A stretch of DNA of 64,000 nt, taken from the IMG/VR virus record IMGVR_UViG_3300013121_000044, positions 64,001 to 128,000 of that record, one strand, 5' to 3'. Shown piece by piece: positions 27,891-36,849 of this stretch. The notes beneath the pieces are model-generated. The model saw nothing but the letters and a program-made list of their open reading frames with translations, ran no database searches and was not told the DNA's origin. Numbering within the stretch: position 1 is the stretch's first letter; every line of letters begins with the position of its first letter. The position numbers and the translations under genes were made by a program. Origin of the DNA: a virus (Duplodnaviria; Caudoviricetes).

Positions 27891-28175
27891 ATGTCCAACA
27901 TCCTCAAATTCCCCACCCCCGCCCGCGTCGAGCCGACCACCCCTGACGGGTGGAAGAAGGCACTCACGGATGCGGGTGAAGCCGTCGTCCTCGCGCAGAT
28001 GCAAGGGGGCGACGTTCGGAAAGCCAAGATGGAATACGATGCCATCGAAGCGCGTCTCCCCACCGAGGTGCGCGAAGCCCTCGCTTCGCGGGTCTCGCGT
28101 GGAGACCTGATCCACCTCCTCGACCGGGGGTGGGACTTCGTCGAAGCCGTGCTGAAGATCAAGACACGGTTCTGA
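27891..28175 (+). CDS. Hypothetical protein
   Basis: SD AGGAG, 94 aa. Confidence 0.65.
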   Translation: MSNILKFPTPARVEPTTPDGWKKALTDAGEAVVLAQMQGGDVRKAKMEYDAIEARLPTEVREALASRVSRGDLIHLLDRGWDFVEAVLKIKTRF

Positions 28176-28258
28176 GCGAAACCGAGGAGAAGGGTGAGCG
28201 CGGGGCCGGGAAGAAGGGCCCGACTCCGCGCGGCCGGAAGGCGCACCTCTCTCTTTGG

Positions 28259-28894
28259 TCAGCGATAGTCCGCGACCTGGATCGCCTCGGGTGCGTTCGT
28301 ACGGAGCCACAGAAGCATCGCCTGCGCCATCGAGAAAGGTGGAACGCCTCCGCCGTCGATGACGCCGAGAACACTCTCCACGACGGCGCGCGCGAACTCC
28401 TTGTCGGGCGGGTCGAGATGGTAGAGCGAAGATCGAAGCACGGAGGCGTCCTCCGGCGACGGGCGCTCCCCTGTCGTCACGAAATCCGCCCACAGCCCCA
28501 CGGCCGACGCTTCGGCCTCCCGCTTGGCGCGAAGCTCCCCGGAGCCGAGGTAGTCGACGGCGGCCTGGACTCCTCCGACCTGCGCGATCTGTCGGACGTG
28601 CACGAGCTCGTGCATGCCCGTGTTGAAGTAGCGCCGTCCGTCGGTGACCGCCGTCTTCGACAGAATGATCAGCGTGCCGCCGGGCGCAGGCAGGGTGACG
28701 GAGACGTTCTCCGCCGCCTGCTCGACGAGCTTCTGGAAGCCGCCAAGCACGTCGCCGCCGCCGGGCACGAGAGAGGCGAGACCGCGCGCGATGGCGACCC
28801 CCAGCGCGACCCGGGGGTCCCCCGGCTCGATCACACGCACCCCCTGACCCTCGGCGAGGGCGCGGACGCAGGCGCGAGCCGTCGTGAGGTCCAT
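28259..28894 (-). CDS. Zincin-like (HELVH) metallopeptidase-family protein
   Basis: HELVH...E motif; start at 28894 with TGATG overlap. Confidence 0.6.
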   Translation of the reverse strand: MDLTTARACVRALAEGQGVRVIEPGDPRVALGVAIARGLASLVPGGGDVLGGFQKLVEQAAENVSVTLPAPGGTLIILSKTAVTDGRRYFNTGMHELVHVRQIAQVGGVQAAVDYLGSGELRAKREAEASAVGLWADFVTTGERPSPEDASVLRSSLYHLDPPDKEFARAVVESVLGVIDGGGVPPFSMAQAMLLWLRTNAPEAIQVADYR

Positions 28895-29184
28895 CACGGC
28901 GCACCTCCATCCGTGGGACAGCCCGAAGGATCGGCACACGCGGCGGCGGGGGCGCGAACGCAGGAGGCGACGCCCCCGTCCGAGACGCGGCAGGTCTGGC
29001 CCGGCACGGCGGAGCAAGGCTGATCGCCCACGACGTGCCAGCGCTGGGTCTGCGAGCAGACCTCCGGCTGGTCGTTCTGGCACCGCTGCGCGAGCGGTCG
29101 ACACCCCGCCACGGGAGGCAGTTTCGGACAGGCCGCCAAGCCCAGGGCCAGAGTGAGGAGGAGACGAGGAACGGATTGACGCAT
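28894..29184 (-). CDS. Cys-rich lipoprotein
   Basis: MRQSVPRLLLTLALGLAA|C lipobox, followed by eight more Cys and DGG motifs in the style of myxobacterial lipoproteins. Confidence 0.7.
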   Translation of the reverse strand: MRQSVPRLLLTLALGLAACPKLPPVAGCRPLAQRCQNDQPEVCSQTQRWHVVGDQPCSAVPGQTCRVSDGGVASCVRAPAAACADPSGCPTDGGAP

Positions 29185-29214
29185 ACGACAAGAATACGCC
29201 GTACGGTCGGACCG

Positions 29215-29244
29215 TTGACAGACGGTTAGCCGAACGGGTAAGAC
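29215..29244 (+). promoter_or_regulatory. Putative sigma-70-type promoter (TTGACA -35)
   Basis: TTGACA at 29215 in a divergent intergenic region, 11 bp after TACGCCGTA; the -10 element is imperfect. Confidence 0.45.
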
Positions 29245-29293
29245 GGTTCCCGCCCTGATGGTTGGGCGGTGACGAACGAGAGAGAGGACACCC

Positions 29294-29512
29294 ATGATCG
29301 AGAGCAAGAGGCCGGTGGAGGAACGTGCGGCGGAGGCGGTGGCGAACCTTCAGAAGAAGAAGGACGCCCTCACCAAGGCGGAGAACGCCGCCAAGCTCGC
29401 AGAAGTGAAGTGCACCCTCGCCCGCATGGACTTCGACAACTCCGTGCGTGCGGCGTCGTCGAAGTTCCCCGAGCAGGTCGCGGCGGCCGGCTTCACGCCC
29501 CCGCAGGACTGA
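29294..29512 (+). CDS. Small coiled-coil protein
   Basis: SD GAGGA, 72 aa. Confidence 0.6.
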   Translation: MIESKRPVEERAAEAVANLQKKKDALTKAENAAKLAEVKCTLARMDFDNSVRAASSKFPEQVAAAGFTPPQD

Positions 29513-29542
29513 CGGGGACCGGCGACAGACGAGTCAGAGAAA

Positions 29543-29581
29543 GGGCGCCGAGGCGGCACGGCCTCGGCGCCCGTTTCTTTT
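29543..29581 (+). terminator. Rho-independent terminator
   Basis: GGGCGCCGAGGC / GCCTCGGCGCCC stem followed by GTTTCTTTT. Confidence 0.8.
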
Positions 29582-29593
29582 GGAGGTGAACGA

Positions 29594-30076
29594 ATGAGAC
29601 CGATCGAAAAACTGATCGCACTCGGGGTCACGTGGCTCGACGCCGTCCACACGGCGCAGCTCGTGGCGAACGAGACGCAAGACCTGTACGACACGTGCGT
29701 GGACGCGGACCCGGACGATCCTGAGACGGCGAAAGTCTTCTTCCACGTCCTGGTGACGATGCGAACGCTTCAGGCGAAGATGAACCAGCGCTTCGAGGGG
29801 TTCGGGCGAGAGCTGATCCAGTACTACCGCGCGTACCTCGTCGCGCGTGACGAGGCATATCCGGGTTCCGTCTACGAGGACGCCCTGTACATCGTCCGCA
29901 GGTGGCACGCGAGAAAGGACACCGAGCTCCCGCCGCATCCCCCGACGGTGCGAGGCATCCTGGTGATCCTCGACGCGCTGGCCCTGCCTTCGACCGATGA
30001 GGTGCAGATCCTCGGGGAGATCCATCGAGCGCTCCACGAAGCGGAGACGCGGGCAGCGGACCCCACCGCACGATGA
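29594..30076 (+). CDS. Hypothetical protein
   Basis: SD GGAGG. Confidence 0.65.
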   Translation: MRPIEKLIALGVTWLDAVHTAQLVANETQDLYDTCVDADPDDPETAKVFFHVLVTMRTLQAKMNQRFEGFGRELIQYYRAYLVARDEAYPGSVYEDALYIVRRWHARKDTELPPHPPTVRGILVILDALALPSTDEVQILGEIHRALHEAETRAADPTAR

Positions 30077-30483
30077 CCTTCGAGCCCACTCCCTGTTCCA
30101 TCTGTGCGGAGGCGTACGGGGACACCTGGGTGTATCGCAAGAAGCCCGGGTGGGTTCGACACCTGGGTTCGTATGCGCACACAGTGGCTCGTTTTATCTG
30201 CGAACATCGGTTTCACTTTATCGCGGTGACTCCTGCGGTCCTGGTTCATTTGGAGCACCACGGCGTCTCCCTTACGCCGATCTACGGACCTCCCGTCGTA
30301 TGTGTGCAGGGTTTTTACGGGCGCAAGGAACGCAAGCGTGAAAACCCGTGGCTTCGGCGTAGCGACGTGATCGACGCGCTCGAATCCTTCGCCATCGAAA
30401 ACGAACTCACTCAAACCATGACCGCGCTTCTACGCACGGCCCAAGACAAGAACAGCAAGAGAACTGTTTCCAACGGAGGATGA
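30073..30483 (+). CDS. Hypothetical protein
   Basis: ATGA overlaps on both sides. Confidence 0.55.
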   Translation: MTFEPTPCSICAEAYGDTWVYRKKPGWVRHLGSYAHTVARFICEHRFHFIAVTPAVLVHLEHHGVSLTPIYGPPVVCVQGFYGRKERKRENPWLRRSDVIDALESFAIENELTQTMTALLRTAQDKNSKRTVSNGG

Positions 30484-32900
30484 ACAAGGTGACCCCCACC
30501 CCCCAACAAATCGCCGCGTGTGAACACGTCCGCGACTCCAACCGGAACCTCGCCGTACGCGCCCGTGCGGGCACCGGCAAGACCACGCTCCTCGTGAAGC
30601 TGACGGAGCAGATCTCGCGGCGCGAGAAGGCTCTGGCCGTGGCCTTCAACAAGTCGATCGCGGAAGAGCTGCGTGCCCGCGTCCCGCGCCACATCGACGT
30701 GAAAACCCTTCACGGTCTCGGCTTCGCCGCGATCCAGCGCGCCTGGGGCCGGAGACTCGAAACCGACTCGCAACGGCAGCGCTCGTACGCGCGCGAGGTC
30801 GTGCCGGAATCGCCGAGCTGGTCGCATCGCACGGTCGTGGGGACGGTGTGCAAGCTCGTGTCGATGGCGATGGGGCAGCTCGCGACGACGCCTGACCACG
30901 TCGCCGAGGTCATGTACGAGTACGGCATCCTGGCGGATCGGGGCGTCAAGCCGGAGCAGTACGTCGACTGGGCCGTCCAGGTGATCGCGCGAAGCCGCGC
31001 CGAGACCTCCGCGATCTCCTTCGACGACATGGTGTTCCTTCCCGCCATCGAACACGTCATGACAGGCGCGTACGATGTGGTGTTCTTCGACGAGGCGCAG
31101 GACGCGAACCCGGCGCAGAAAGCGCTCCTCCTCGCGGCGGTGCGGCGCGGGGGGAAGGTTGTCATCGTCGGGGACGACCGGCAGTGCCACCCGGCGGGGG
31201 TACTGGTTCGCGTCGCAAGCAATCGCGACGTGCCGATCGAACAGCTCGCCGGCAGAAGCTCGGTGATGGGGTGGAATCGCCCCAGCCAGAAGCTCATCGG
31301 CGGAAGACCCTTCCAGATCTCGGAGCGCCCCTACCAGGGGCCGATCCTCACGATCGACGTGGAGGGACACTCGAAGTCTCTTCCCGTGACTCCCAACCAC
31401 AAGTTCCTGGCCCGCTGGTCGGATCGCACCAGTAACGTGTGCGTGACCTACCTGATGCGTCGGGACGGATTCGGATACCGCGTGGGATGGTGCAAGCTCT
31501 TCAACACGGGGAGAGTGAAGAGTCTGCACCTCGCACATCGGGCTCTGCTCGAAAAGGCGGACGCCGTGTGGATTCTGAAGATTCACGACGGGCGAACGGA
31601 CGCTAGCGTGTATGAGAGCATCGTCGCAGCAAAGTACGGTCTCCCTACGGTGACTTTCGAGCCGGTCGAAGGTGCGAACCATCTGACGGAGACAGCGATC
31701 GGCAGCATCTTCGTGGCTCTGCGCGAAGATAACGAGGTTCGGGGGGCGCGGGCGCTTCAGGAACACGGCCTGGACGCGACACTCCCTCTCCTCCCCTATC
31801 CGACACATGCCAGCGACGGTCCGGGTCTGTACCGACGTGGTACGTACTTCGTCTGCTACGCGACGAATCTGATTCCCAGGATGATGGCCCTCCCCCTCGG
31901 AGAGGGCGTCAACAACTGGGCTCCGGTCTCGGACGTGAGGCGTACGCCGTACGCAGGCCCTGTGTACTCCCTCGATGTCTCGAAGGACCACAGCTACTGC
32001 GCCAACGGCATCGTCACGCTGAACTCGATCTATCACTGGCGTGGGGCCGGTATTGACGCGTTCGACGCCCTGATCGACGAGCTCAAAGCGGAGGTGTTGC
32101 CCCTCACCTGGACCTTCCGGTGCCCCACGCGGGTGGTCACGCTGGCGCGGTGCATCGTGGACGACTTGGAGGCGGCGCCCGGCGCCCCCCGGGGGAAGAT
32201 CAGGTGGGACGCGGAGCAGACCTTCTACGACGAGGTCCGACCCGGCGAGGCAGTCATCGCACGCTCGAACGCGGCGCTGACCAAGGCGTGCATGCAGATC
32301 CTCCGGCGTGGCGTTCGCGCGAAAGTAGCGGGCCGTGACTTTGGCGACACCCTCGCAGGGATCGTCGAGCGCTCACAGACCGCGTCCACGGTGAAGTTCC
32401 TGGAGTGGCTCACACCCTGGGTGACAGAAGAATCTGAACGGCTCGTCGCAGCGGGGAAAGACGACAAGGCCGAAGAGCTCGCGGACTCGGCCGAGGCGCT
32501 GCGCGTGCTTTCCGAGGGGCTCAACTCCACCACGGCGCTCCGAAACAAGCTCGATGAGCTCTTCGTCGAGTCCCCGGGGACGGACGCTGTGCGTCTCTCG
32601 ACGGTTCACCGTGCCAAGGGCCTCCAATGGGGTCGCGTCTGGCTCCTGGAATCGTCGTTTCGACTGAACTCCGTCGAGGGCGAGAACCTCTACTACGTCG
32701 CGGTGACGCGCGTGTTGGGGAAGGACGCCCCCGGCGAGCTCCGGCTCGTTCAGAACGCGCTCAGGGGTGGGAAGATCCCGCCCTCGATCGCCAAGGGCCT
32801 TCTCGGGGGGGAAACCCTCTTGGCGTGGGACGACGAAGACCGTGGCGTTCTCTCGCCGGAGACGCTCGACGGGCCCGAAGACGACTGGGGAGACCGGTAG
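30480..32900 (+). CDS. UvrD/Rep-family (SF1) helicase, intein-containing
   Basis: ARAGTGKT, DEAQD, VGDDRQ|SIYHWRGA split by an intein, TFRCP, STVHRAKGL, YVAVTR. Confidence 0.93.
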   Translation: MNKVTPTPQQIAACEHVRDSNRNLAVRARAGTGKTTLLVKLTEQISRREKALAVAFNKSIAEELRARVPRHIDVKTLHGLGFAAIQRAWGRRLETDSQRQRSYAREVVPESPSWSHRTVVGTVCKLVSMAMGQLATTPDHVAEVMYEYGILADRGVKPEQYVDWAVQVIARSRAETSAISFDDMVFLPAIEHVMTGAYDVVFFDEAQDANPAQKALLLAAVRRGGKVVIVGDDRQCHPAGVLVRVASNRDVPIEQLAGRSSVMGWNRPSQKLIGGRPFQISERPYQGPILTIDVEGHSKSLPVTPNHKFLARWSDRTSNVCVTYLMRRDGFGYRVGWCKLFNTGRVKSLHLAHRALLEKADAVWILKIHDGRTDASVYESIVAAKYGLPTVTFEPVEGANHLTETAIGSIFVALREDNEVRGARALQEHGLDATLPLLPYPTHASDGPGLYRRGTYFVCYATNLIPRMMALPLGEGVNNWAPVSDVRRTPYAGPVYSLDVSKDHSYCANGIVTLNSIYHWRGAGIDAFDALIDELKAEVLPLTWTFRCPTRVVTLARCIVDDLEAAPGAPRGKIRWDAEQTFYDEVRPGEAVIARSNAALTKACMQILRRGVRAKVAGRDFGDTLAGIVERSQTASTVKFLEWLTPWVTEESERLVAAGKDDKAEELADSAEALRVLSEGLNSTTALRNKLDELFVESPGTDAVRLSTVHRAKGLQWGRVWLLESSFRLNSVEGENLYYVAVTRVLGKDAPGELRLVQNALRGGKIPPSIAKGLLGGETLLAWDDEDRGVLSPETLDGPEDDWGDR
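31185..32024 (+). mobile_element. Intein (280 aa) with internal GIY-YIG-like domain
   Basis: Starts CHPAG, block B TPNHKF, block F VYSLDV, ends ANGIVTLN followed by Ser+1. Confidence 0.9.
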
Positions 32901-32938
32901 AAGGCTGTGCACTCCGCTTCGGGGTGTAGGAGGTCTTC

Positions 32939-33412
32939 ATGAGCGAACGACACGTACGCGTGGTCTTCACGGTGCCTGCTGACGAAGAGGTTGACGGTGC
33001 TACCAAGCGCCGTCTCCTGGACTGGATCGACGCGACTCTTCCGTGCGGGACCTACGAAGTACTGGGGGACGGGCTCTACGTGGAGCCCCTGCCCACCGCC
33101 AAGTACAAAAGCACGGCCGAGCTGAACATCCTGGTCCGTTCTCTCGCGCAACGGACGCTCCACACGCTCGACGGCCTGGGCCTCGGCCACAGGGGTACCC
33201 TCTGGGAGGCGTGGCAAGAGCTTGCCCGGAGGGACCCCCTCAACGACCGGATCGACGACGAGCTTCGACGCAAGCTGGAGCGCCTCCAGACGCTCTCTGA
33301 GGTGATCGGGAAGGCTCTCGGCGCGATCGACTCGTTCGACGGTGCCAAGCGCGAGCTCGACCGTGTCTGGGAAGGTGTCGACCGCGAACTCGACATCGAC
33401 CGGGCCCGCTAG
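32939..33412 (+). CDS. Hypothetical protein
   Basis: SD AGGAGG. Confidence 0.65.
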   Translation: MSERHVRVVFTVPADEEVDGATKRRLLDWIDATLPCGTYEVLGDGLYVEPLPTAKYKSTAELNILVRSLAQRTLHTLDGLGLGHRGTLWEAWQELARRDPLNDRIDDELRRKLERLQTLSEVIGKALGAIDSFDGAKRELDRVWEGVDRELDIDRAR

Positions 33413-33530
33413 GAAAGGTAGACATGCGAAGGCCCCACCGGGTAGGCGACTCGCGCCTTCTCGGTGGGGCCTCGCGCACCCACCAGCTACAGCAGTCCCT
33501 CTTCTTTACGCCGTACGGCGGGAGGTGTCA

Positions 33531-34211
33531 ATGGACCCGAATCAATGCCTGAAGGAGCTCCTGGAACTCCTGGAGAAGTACCGGGAGCAGAAGGATCGCC
33601 TCAGTCGCGAGGACGTGCAGGACCTCGTGACGCACATCGAAGCGCTCGACGGCTGGATCACGCGGGGCGGTTTTTTGCCCGCGCGGTGGTCTCCTCGCAC
33701 CGAAGGGGGGAGCCGCATGAGCGACGAACCTGAGAAGCCCGAACTTCATCGGGTCGATGCCGAGAACGCAGCCCAGATCTGGGACTGGTTCCAGACGCGC
33801 GGGGGTCTCGCGCTCTGGCGCTCGATCGACCTCTCCGACCCCGGCAAGAGCTGGATGTGCCCGCTTCTCGACGCGAACGGGGTCAAGAAGTCCAAGCCCT
33901 CCTGGAAGGCGGACGAGGACCCCTACCGCATCATCAAAGACCCCGCCGAGGTGCTCGTCGAGACCTACAAGGAGGTGCGGCGTTTCCGCGTCGCCGTCCG
34001 CATGGGGGGTCAGGGCCTGAGCCTCAAGCTCACGGACCACGCGAGCCGTAAGGTGCGCGAAGCCGTGGAGAAGGCGGGTCCGAACGCGACGTACGCGTTC
34101 GACTACATGACGCAGGAAGCGGTCATCTTCGTGCCGGACACGGAGGTGCCGCTCGTCGAATGGGCTGCGAAGAACGGACTCGTGAAGAAGCCTGAGGAGG
34201 GGAAGACGTGA
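33531..34211 (+). CDS. Hypothetical protein (possible fusion of two small genes; second start at 33717)
   Basis: SD GGAGG at 33521; internal GGGGGAG-ATG. Confidence 0.6.
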   Translation: MDPNQCLKELLELLEKYREQKDRLSREDVQDLVTHIEALDGWITRGGFLPARWSPRTEGGSRMSDEPEKPELHRVDAENAAQIWDWFQTRGGLALWRSIDLSDPGKSWMCPLLDANGVKKSKPSWKADEDPYRIIKDPAEVLVETYKEVRRFRVAVRMGGQGLSLKLTDHASRKVREAVEKAGPNATYAFDYMTQEAVIFVPDTEVPLVEWAAKNGLVKKPEEGKT

Positions 34212-34795
34212 AGAGCCCCGTCCACCTCCTGCGGATCGTGTACACCGTGCACACCGACTTCCACTCCCGGGGGACGACCTGCGACGCCTTCGACCAGGAA
34301 GACGACGCCTACCGCCACGCCGCGACGATCGCGTACGCAAACTACGCGACGCAGCGGAACTTCTCGGCAAGCCACAAGCGACGCCTCCGCCACCTCTGGC
34401 AGAAGGAGGACTACCGAGGCGTTGTCGAGCACTGGGGCGAGGTGATGGCGGACGCTTCCGACCACTTCGACTACATCTATGTCGAAGCAACCGAGTTCCG
34501 TGTGCGTGTCCACTCCGGTCGCCGACCCTGGAAACACCAAGCGGGCGCTCAAAATCCCAGCAAGGAGTACCTCGCAGGGGTCCCCACGCTCCGCCGCTCT
34601 GCGCTCCTCGGAGAAGAATCCTTGCGCCTCTACGCGCGCAGGACGGGGCTCACCTTCGAGGCCGACACGGAGGCTGCGCTCACGGATCTCCTCGCGGACC
34701 TCCGTCACTTCTGCGACCGTGAAGGACTCGATTTCGATGAGTACATGCTCCGCGCACTCAAGAACTACCTCCAGGAGATCGACGGCAAGTCCTGA
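34208..34795 (+). CDS. Hypothetical protein
   Basis: C-terminal LTDLLADLRHFCD motif common in small phage proteins. Confidence 0.6.
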   Translation: MKSPVHLLRIVYTVHTDFHSRGTTCDAFDQEDDAYRHAATIAYANYATQRNFSASHKRRLRHLWQKEDYRGVVEHWGEVMADASDHFDYIYVEATEFRVRVHSGRRPWKHQAGAQNPSKEYLAGVPTLRRSALLGEESLRLYARRTGLTFEADTEAALTDLLADLRHFCDREGLDFDEYMLRALKNYLQEIDGKS

Positions 34796-34801
34796 GGCTC
34801 C

Positions 34802-34843
34802 GACAAGCAATACAAGCAACACAAGCAACACAGGCAACAACAG
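34802..34843 (+). repeat. CA-rich 9-bp tandem repeat (ACAAGCAAC-like, about 4 copies)
   Basis: Seen directly, intergenic; related repeat at about 27812-27837. Confidence 0.75.
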
Positions 34844-34851
34844 GAGTCCAC

Positions 34852-35025
34852 ATGCGTAAGACGGATCGTCTCTTCAAGGTCACGGTTCGCGAGATCCGTG
34901 ACACGGTCTACACGGTGATCGCCAAGGACGCGCGTACAGCGAGGGAAAAGTACAAAGAGGGCCGCAGGGTGGGGACGCGCGAGACCTCCGTGGCGCGCGC
35001 GACGGGCTACACAAAGCGCAGTTAA
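34852..35025 (+). CDS. Small hypothetical protein (57 aa)
   Basis: SD AGGAG; MRKTDRLFKVTVREIRDTVYTVIAKDA; below the ORF-track size cutoff. Confidence 0.55.
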   Translation: MRKTDRLFKVTVREIRDTVYTVIAKDARTAREKYKEGRRVGTRETSVARATGYTKRS

Positions 35026-35070
35026 GCGCGCGCTCGACATCTGCGGCTCACTCCACTACCTTCATCCTCG

Positions 35071-35412
35071 GTGTACGAATACCTCTCCCCCGATCAACTC
35101 CGAACGCTCGCGGCGCACGACGACCCCGACGTGCGTCACCTCGTCGAGGACGCTCGACAATACGCGGCGGAGCTCCTTCGTACGCGCTTCCGCGCCTACG
35201 GCGAGACGTTCTTCGGCGACCCCGAACCGCCTGAACTCCCGCGACTCCTCTGGCAAGCGATCCAGGAAGGGCCGAAGACCCTGAGCGAGGACGCCGTGAT
35301 GGAGCTCGATCGCCTCGCGCGCGTCGCCGACGGATGGTGGCGCGGGGGCGATCAGGGGGGTTTGGAGTTCGTCTCCCTCGAAGAGTGGAGAGCCGACTAC
35401 GAGGAGGAGTGA
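35071..35412 (+). CDS. Hypothetical protein
   Basis: Ends LEFVSLEEW, a common small phage protein ending. Confidence 0.55.
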   Translation: MYEYLSPDQLRTLAAHDDPDVRHLVEDARQYAAELLRTRFRAYGETFFGDPEPPELPRLLWQAIQEGPKTLSEDAVMELDRLARVADGWWRGGDQGGLEFVSLEEWRADYEEE

Positions 35413-35413
35413 G

Positions 35414-35707
35414 GTGTACGCGCGTAAGGCCCTCGGCAAGCTCCTCCGCGCCCATCGCGAGGCGCGCGAGTTGCGCCTCCTCGACGTGGCCGAGCACCTC
35501 GGCAAGTCCGTGCCGTACGTCTCCGGCGTAGAACGCGGGGGAAGGACCATCTGCCCGAGCCTCCTCGACCAACTGGCGCACCACCTCGGGCTCTCGGACG
35601 AGGAGTACGCCCGCGCCTTTCTTTTGCGAAAGCGACTCCCCCCGCACGTCGAATCGCACTTCCTTAGGCACCCCGATCAGTGGCCCGTACGCCGTACGGC
35701 GGCCTGA
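35414..35707 (+). CDS. XRE-family HTH DNA-binding protein
   Basis: LGKLLRAHREARELRLLDVAEHLGKSVPYVSGVERG. Confidence 0.85.
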   Translation: MYARKALGKLLRAHREARELRLLDVAEHLGKSVPYVSGVERGGRTICPSLLDQLAHHLGLSDEEYARAFLLRKRLPPHVESHFLRHPDQWPVRRTAA

Positions 35708-35728
35708 AACTCAACCCCTAGGAGAGAC

Positions 35729-36274
35729 ATGAAGATCCCCGAAGACGAAGACTTCGAGGCGATGCGGCGCATCGCCGAAACGTGTGGCGAGATCGCCAAA
35801 TCGCGCGGCTGGCACGAGGAGGAGGTGCGCGCGCACCGGACGCTCCACTACCTGGAAGAGTTCCTCCTCACGTTCCCCGAGGAGGCACGCGGACAGGAGC
35901 CCTACATGGAGGTCGCCGCGCACGTCGATCGCGTTCGCGCCGAGATCAAGCGCACGAACGGGGTGCCCGTCCTGGGGCTCCTGGCGCTCGTCGCGTCGGA
36001 AATCGGCGAGGCGGTCGAGGTGGTGCGCGACCCGAAGATCGACCCCCTCAAGCGCTACGTGAACACCTCCAGCGGCAGCCGCGACCTCTCGGACGAGGAG
36101 TGCGCGGCGGTCCTGGCGGGCCTGCGCATGCTCCAGATGAGCGTCGAAGGGAAGCGTCTCGACGACGCCTTCGAGGCGGTGGCGGACATCTACACCGACG
36201 ACGGCCGGTTCGAGGGTCTGAACTCCGACGCGATCGACGCCCTCTGCGACAAGATCAACCTCAGCGCGGACTGA
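35729..36274 (+). CDS. Protein with partial MazG-like segment fused to an unrelated C-terminal domain
   Basis: GW...LLALVASEIGEAVEVVR is present, but no downstream EELAD motif. Confidence 0.45.
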   Translation: MKIPEDEDFEAMRRIAETCGEIAKSRGWHEEEVRAHRTLHYLEEFLLTFPEEARGQEPYMEVAAHVDRVRAEIKRTNGVPVLGLLALVASEIGEAVEVVRDPKIDPLKRYVNTSSGSRDLSDEECAAVLAGLRMLQMSVEGKRLDDAFEAVADIYTDDGRFEGLNSDAIDALCDKINLSAD

Positions 36275-36362
36275 GACTCTGACGCCCCGCGTCATCGGAA
36301 ACTCCTGGAACCCCGTTTACCCAAACAGGTAAACGTGGTATCCCCAAGATCCAGGAGGACTC

Positions 36363-36848
36363 ATGCTCGCGTTTCCATTCCGCCCCCTCACCGCGCCCGT
36401 CACCGTCCAGACCCAGGACCACCGCGACTGGTGGGTGAAGAAGGGGCGCTACCCCATCGCCGTCGAGCTCAACCGGGACACTGCCCAGGTGAGCGGTTCG
36501 CTTTACCAGCTCACGCCGAAGGGCGTCGGCTACACGTGCCTCCGGCCGCGAGGGGCCGTCCCGCTGGGGGAGATCTACGAATACGGCGTACGGAACGCAC
36601 TCACGAACACGCTCTTCCAGGAGCTTTCCGCGATTCGCGCGGTCGTGTGGGGCTCCCTGGGCGAGGATGGCTCGTTCGTCCCCAAGTCCTGCCCCGCGCC
36701 TCTCTGCTACGAGATGCCGAACGGTGACCTCGTACATCCCGGCCCCTGCTTCGCCGCGCACGAGAGCGCGGTCATTCGTAAGACTCGCTACAACCTCACC
36801 GAGAACAGCGCCACGGTGTGCTCGGTCTGCCACGAAAGGTTCGTCTGA
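36363..36848 (+). CDS. Hypothetical protein
   Basis: SD AGGAGG; C-terminal CxxC. Confidence 0.6.
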   Translation: MLAFPFRPLTAPVTVQTQDHRDWWVKKGRYPIAVELNRDTAQVSGSLYQLTPKGVGYTCLRPRGAVPLGEIYEYGVRNALTNTLFQELSAIRAVVWGSLGEDGSFVPKSCPAPLCYEMPNGDLVHPGPCFAAHESAVIRKTRYNLTENSATVCSVCHERFV

Positions 36849-36849
36849 C

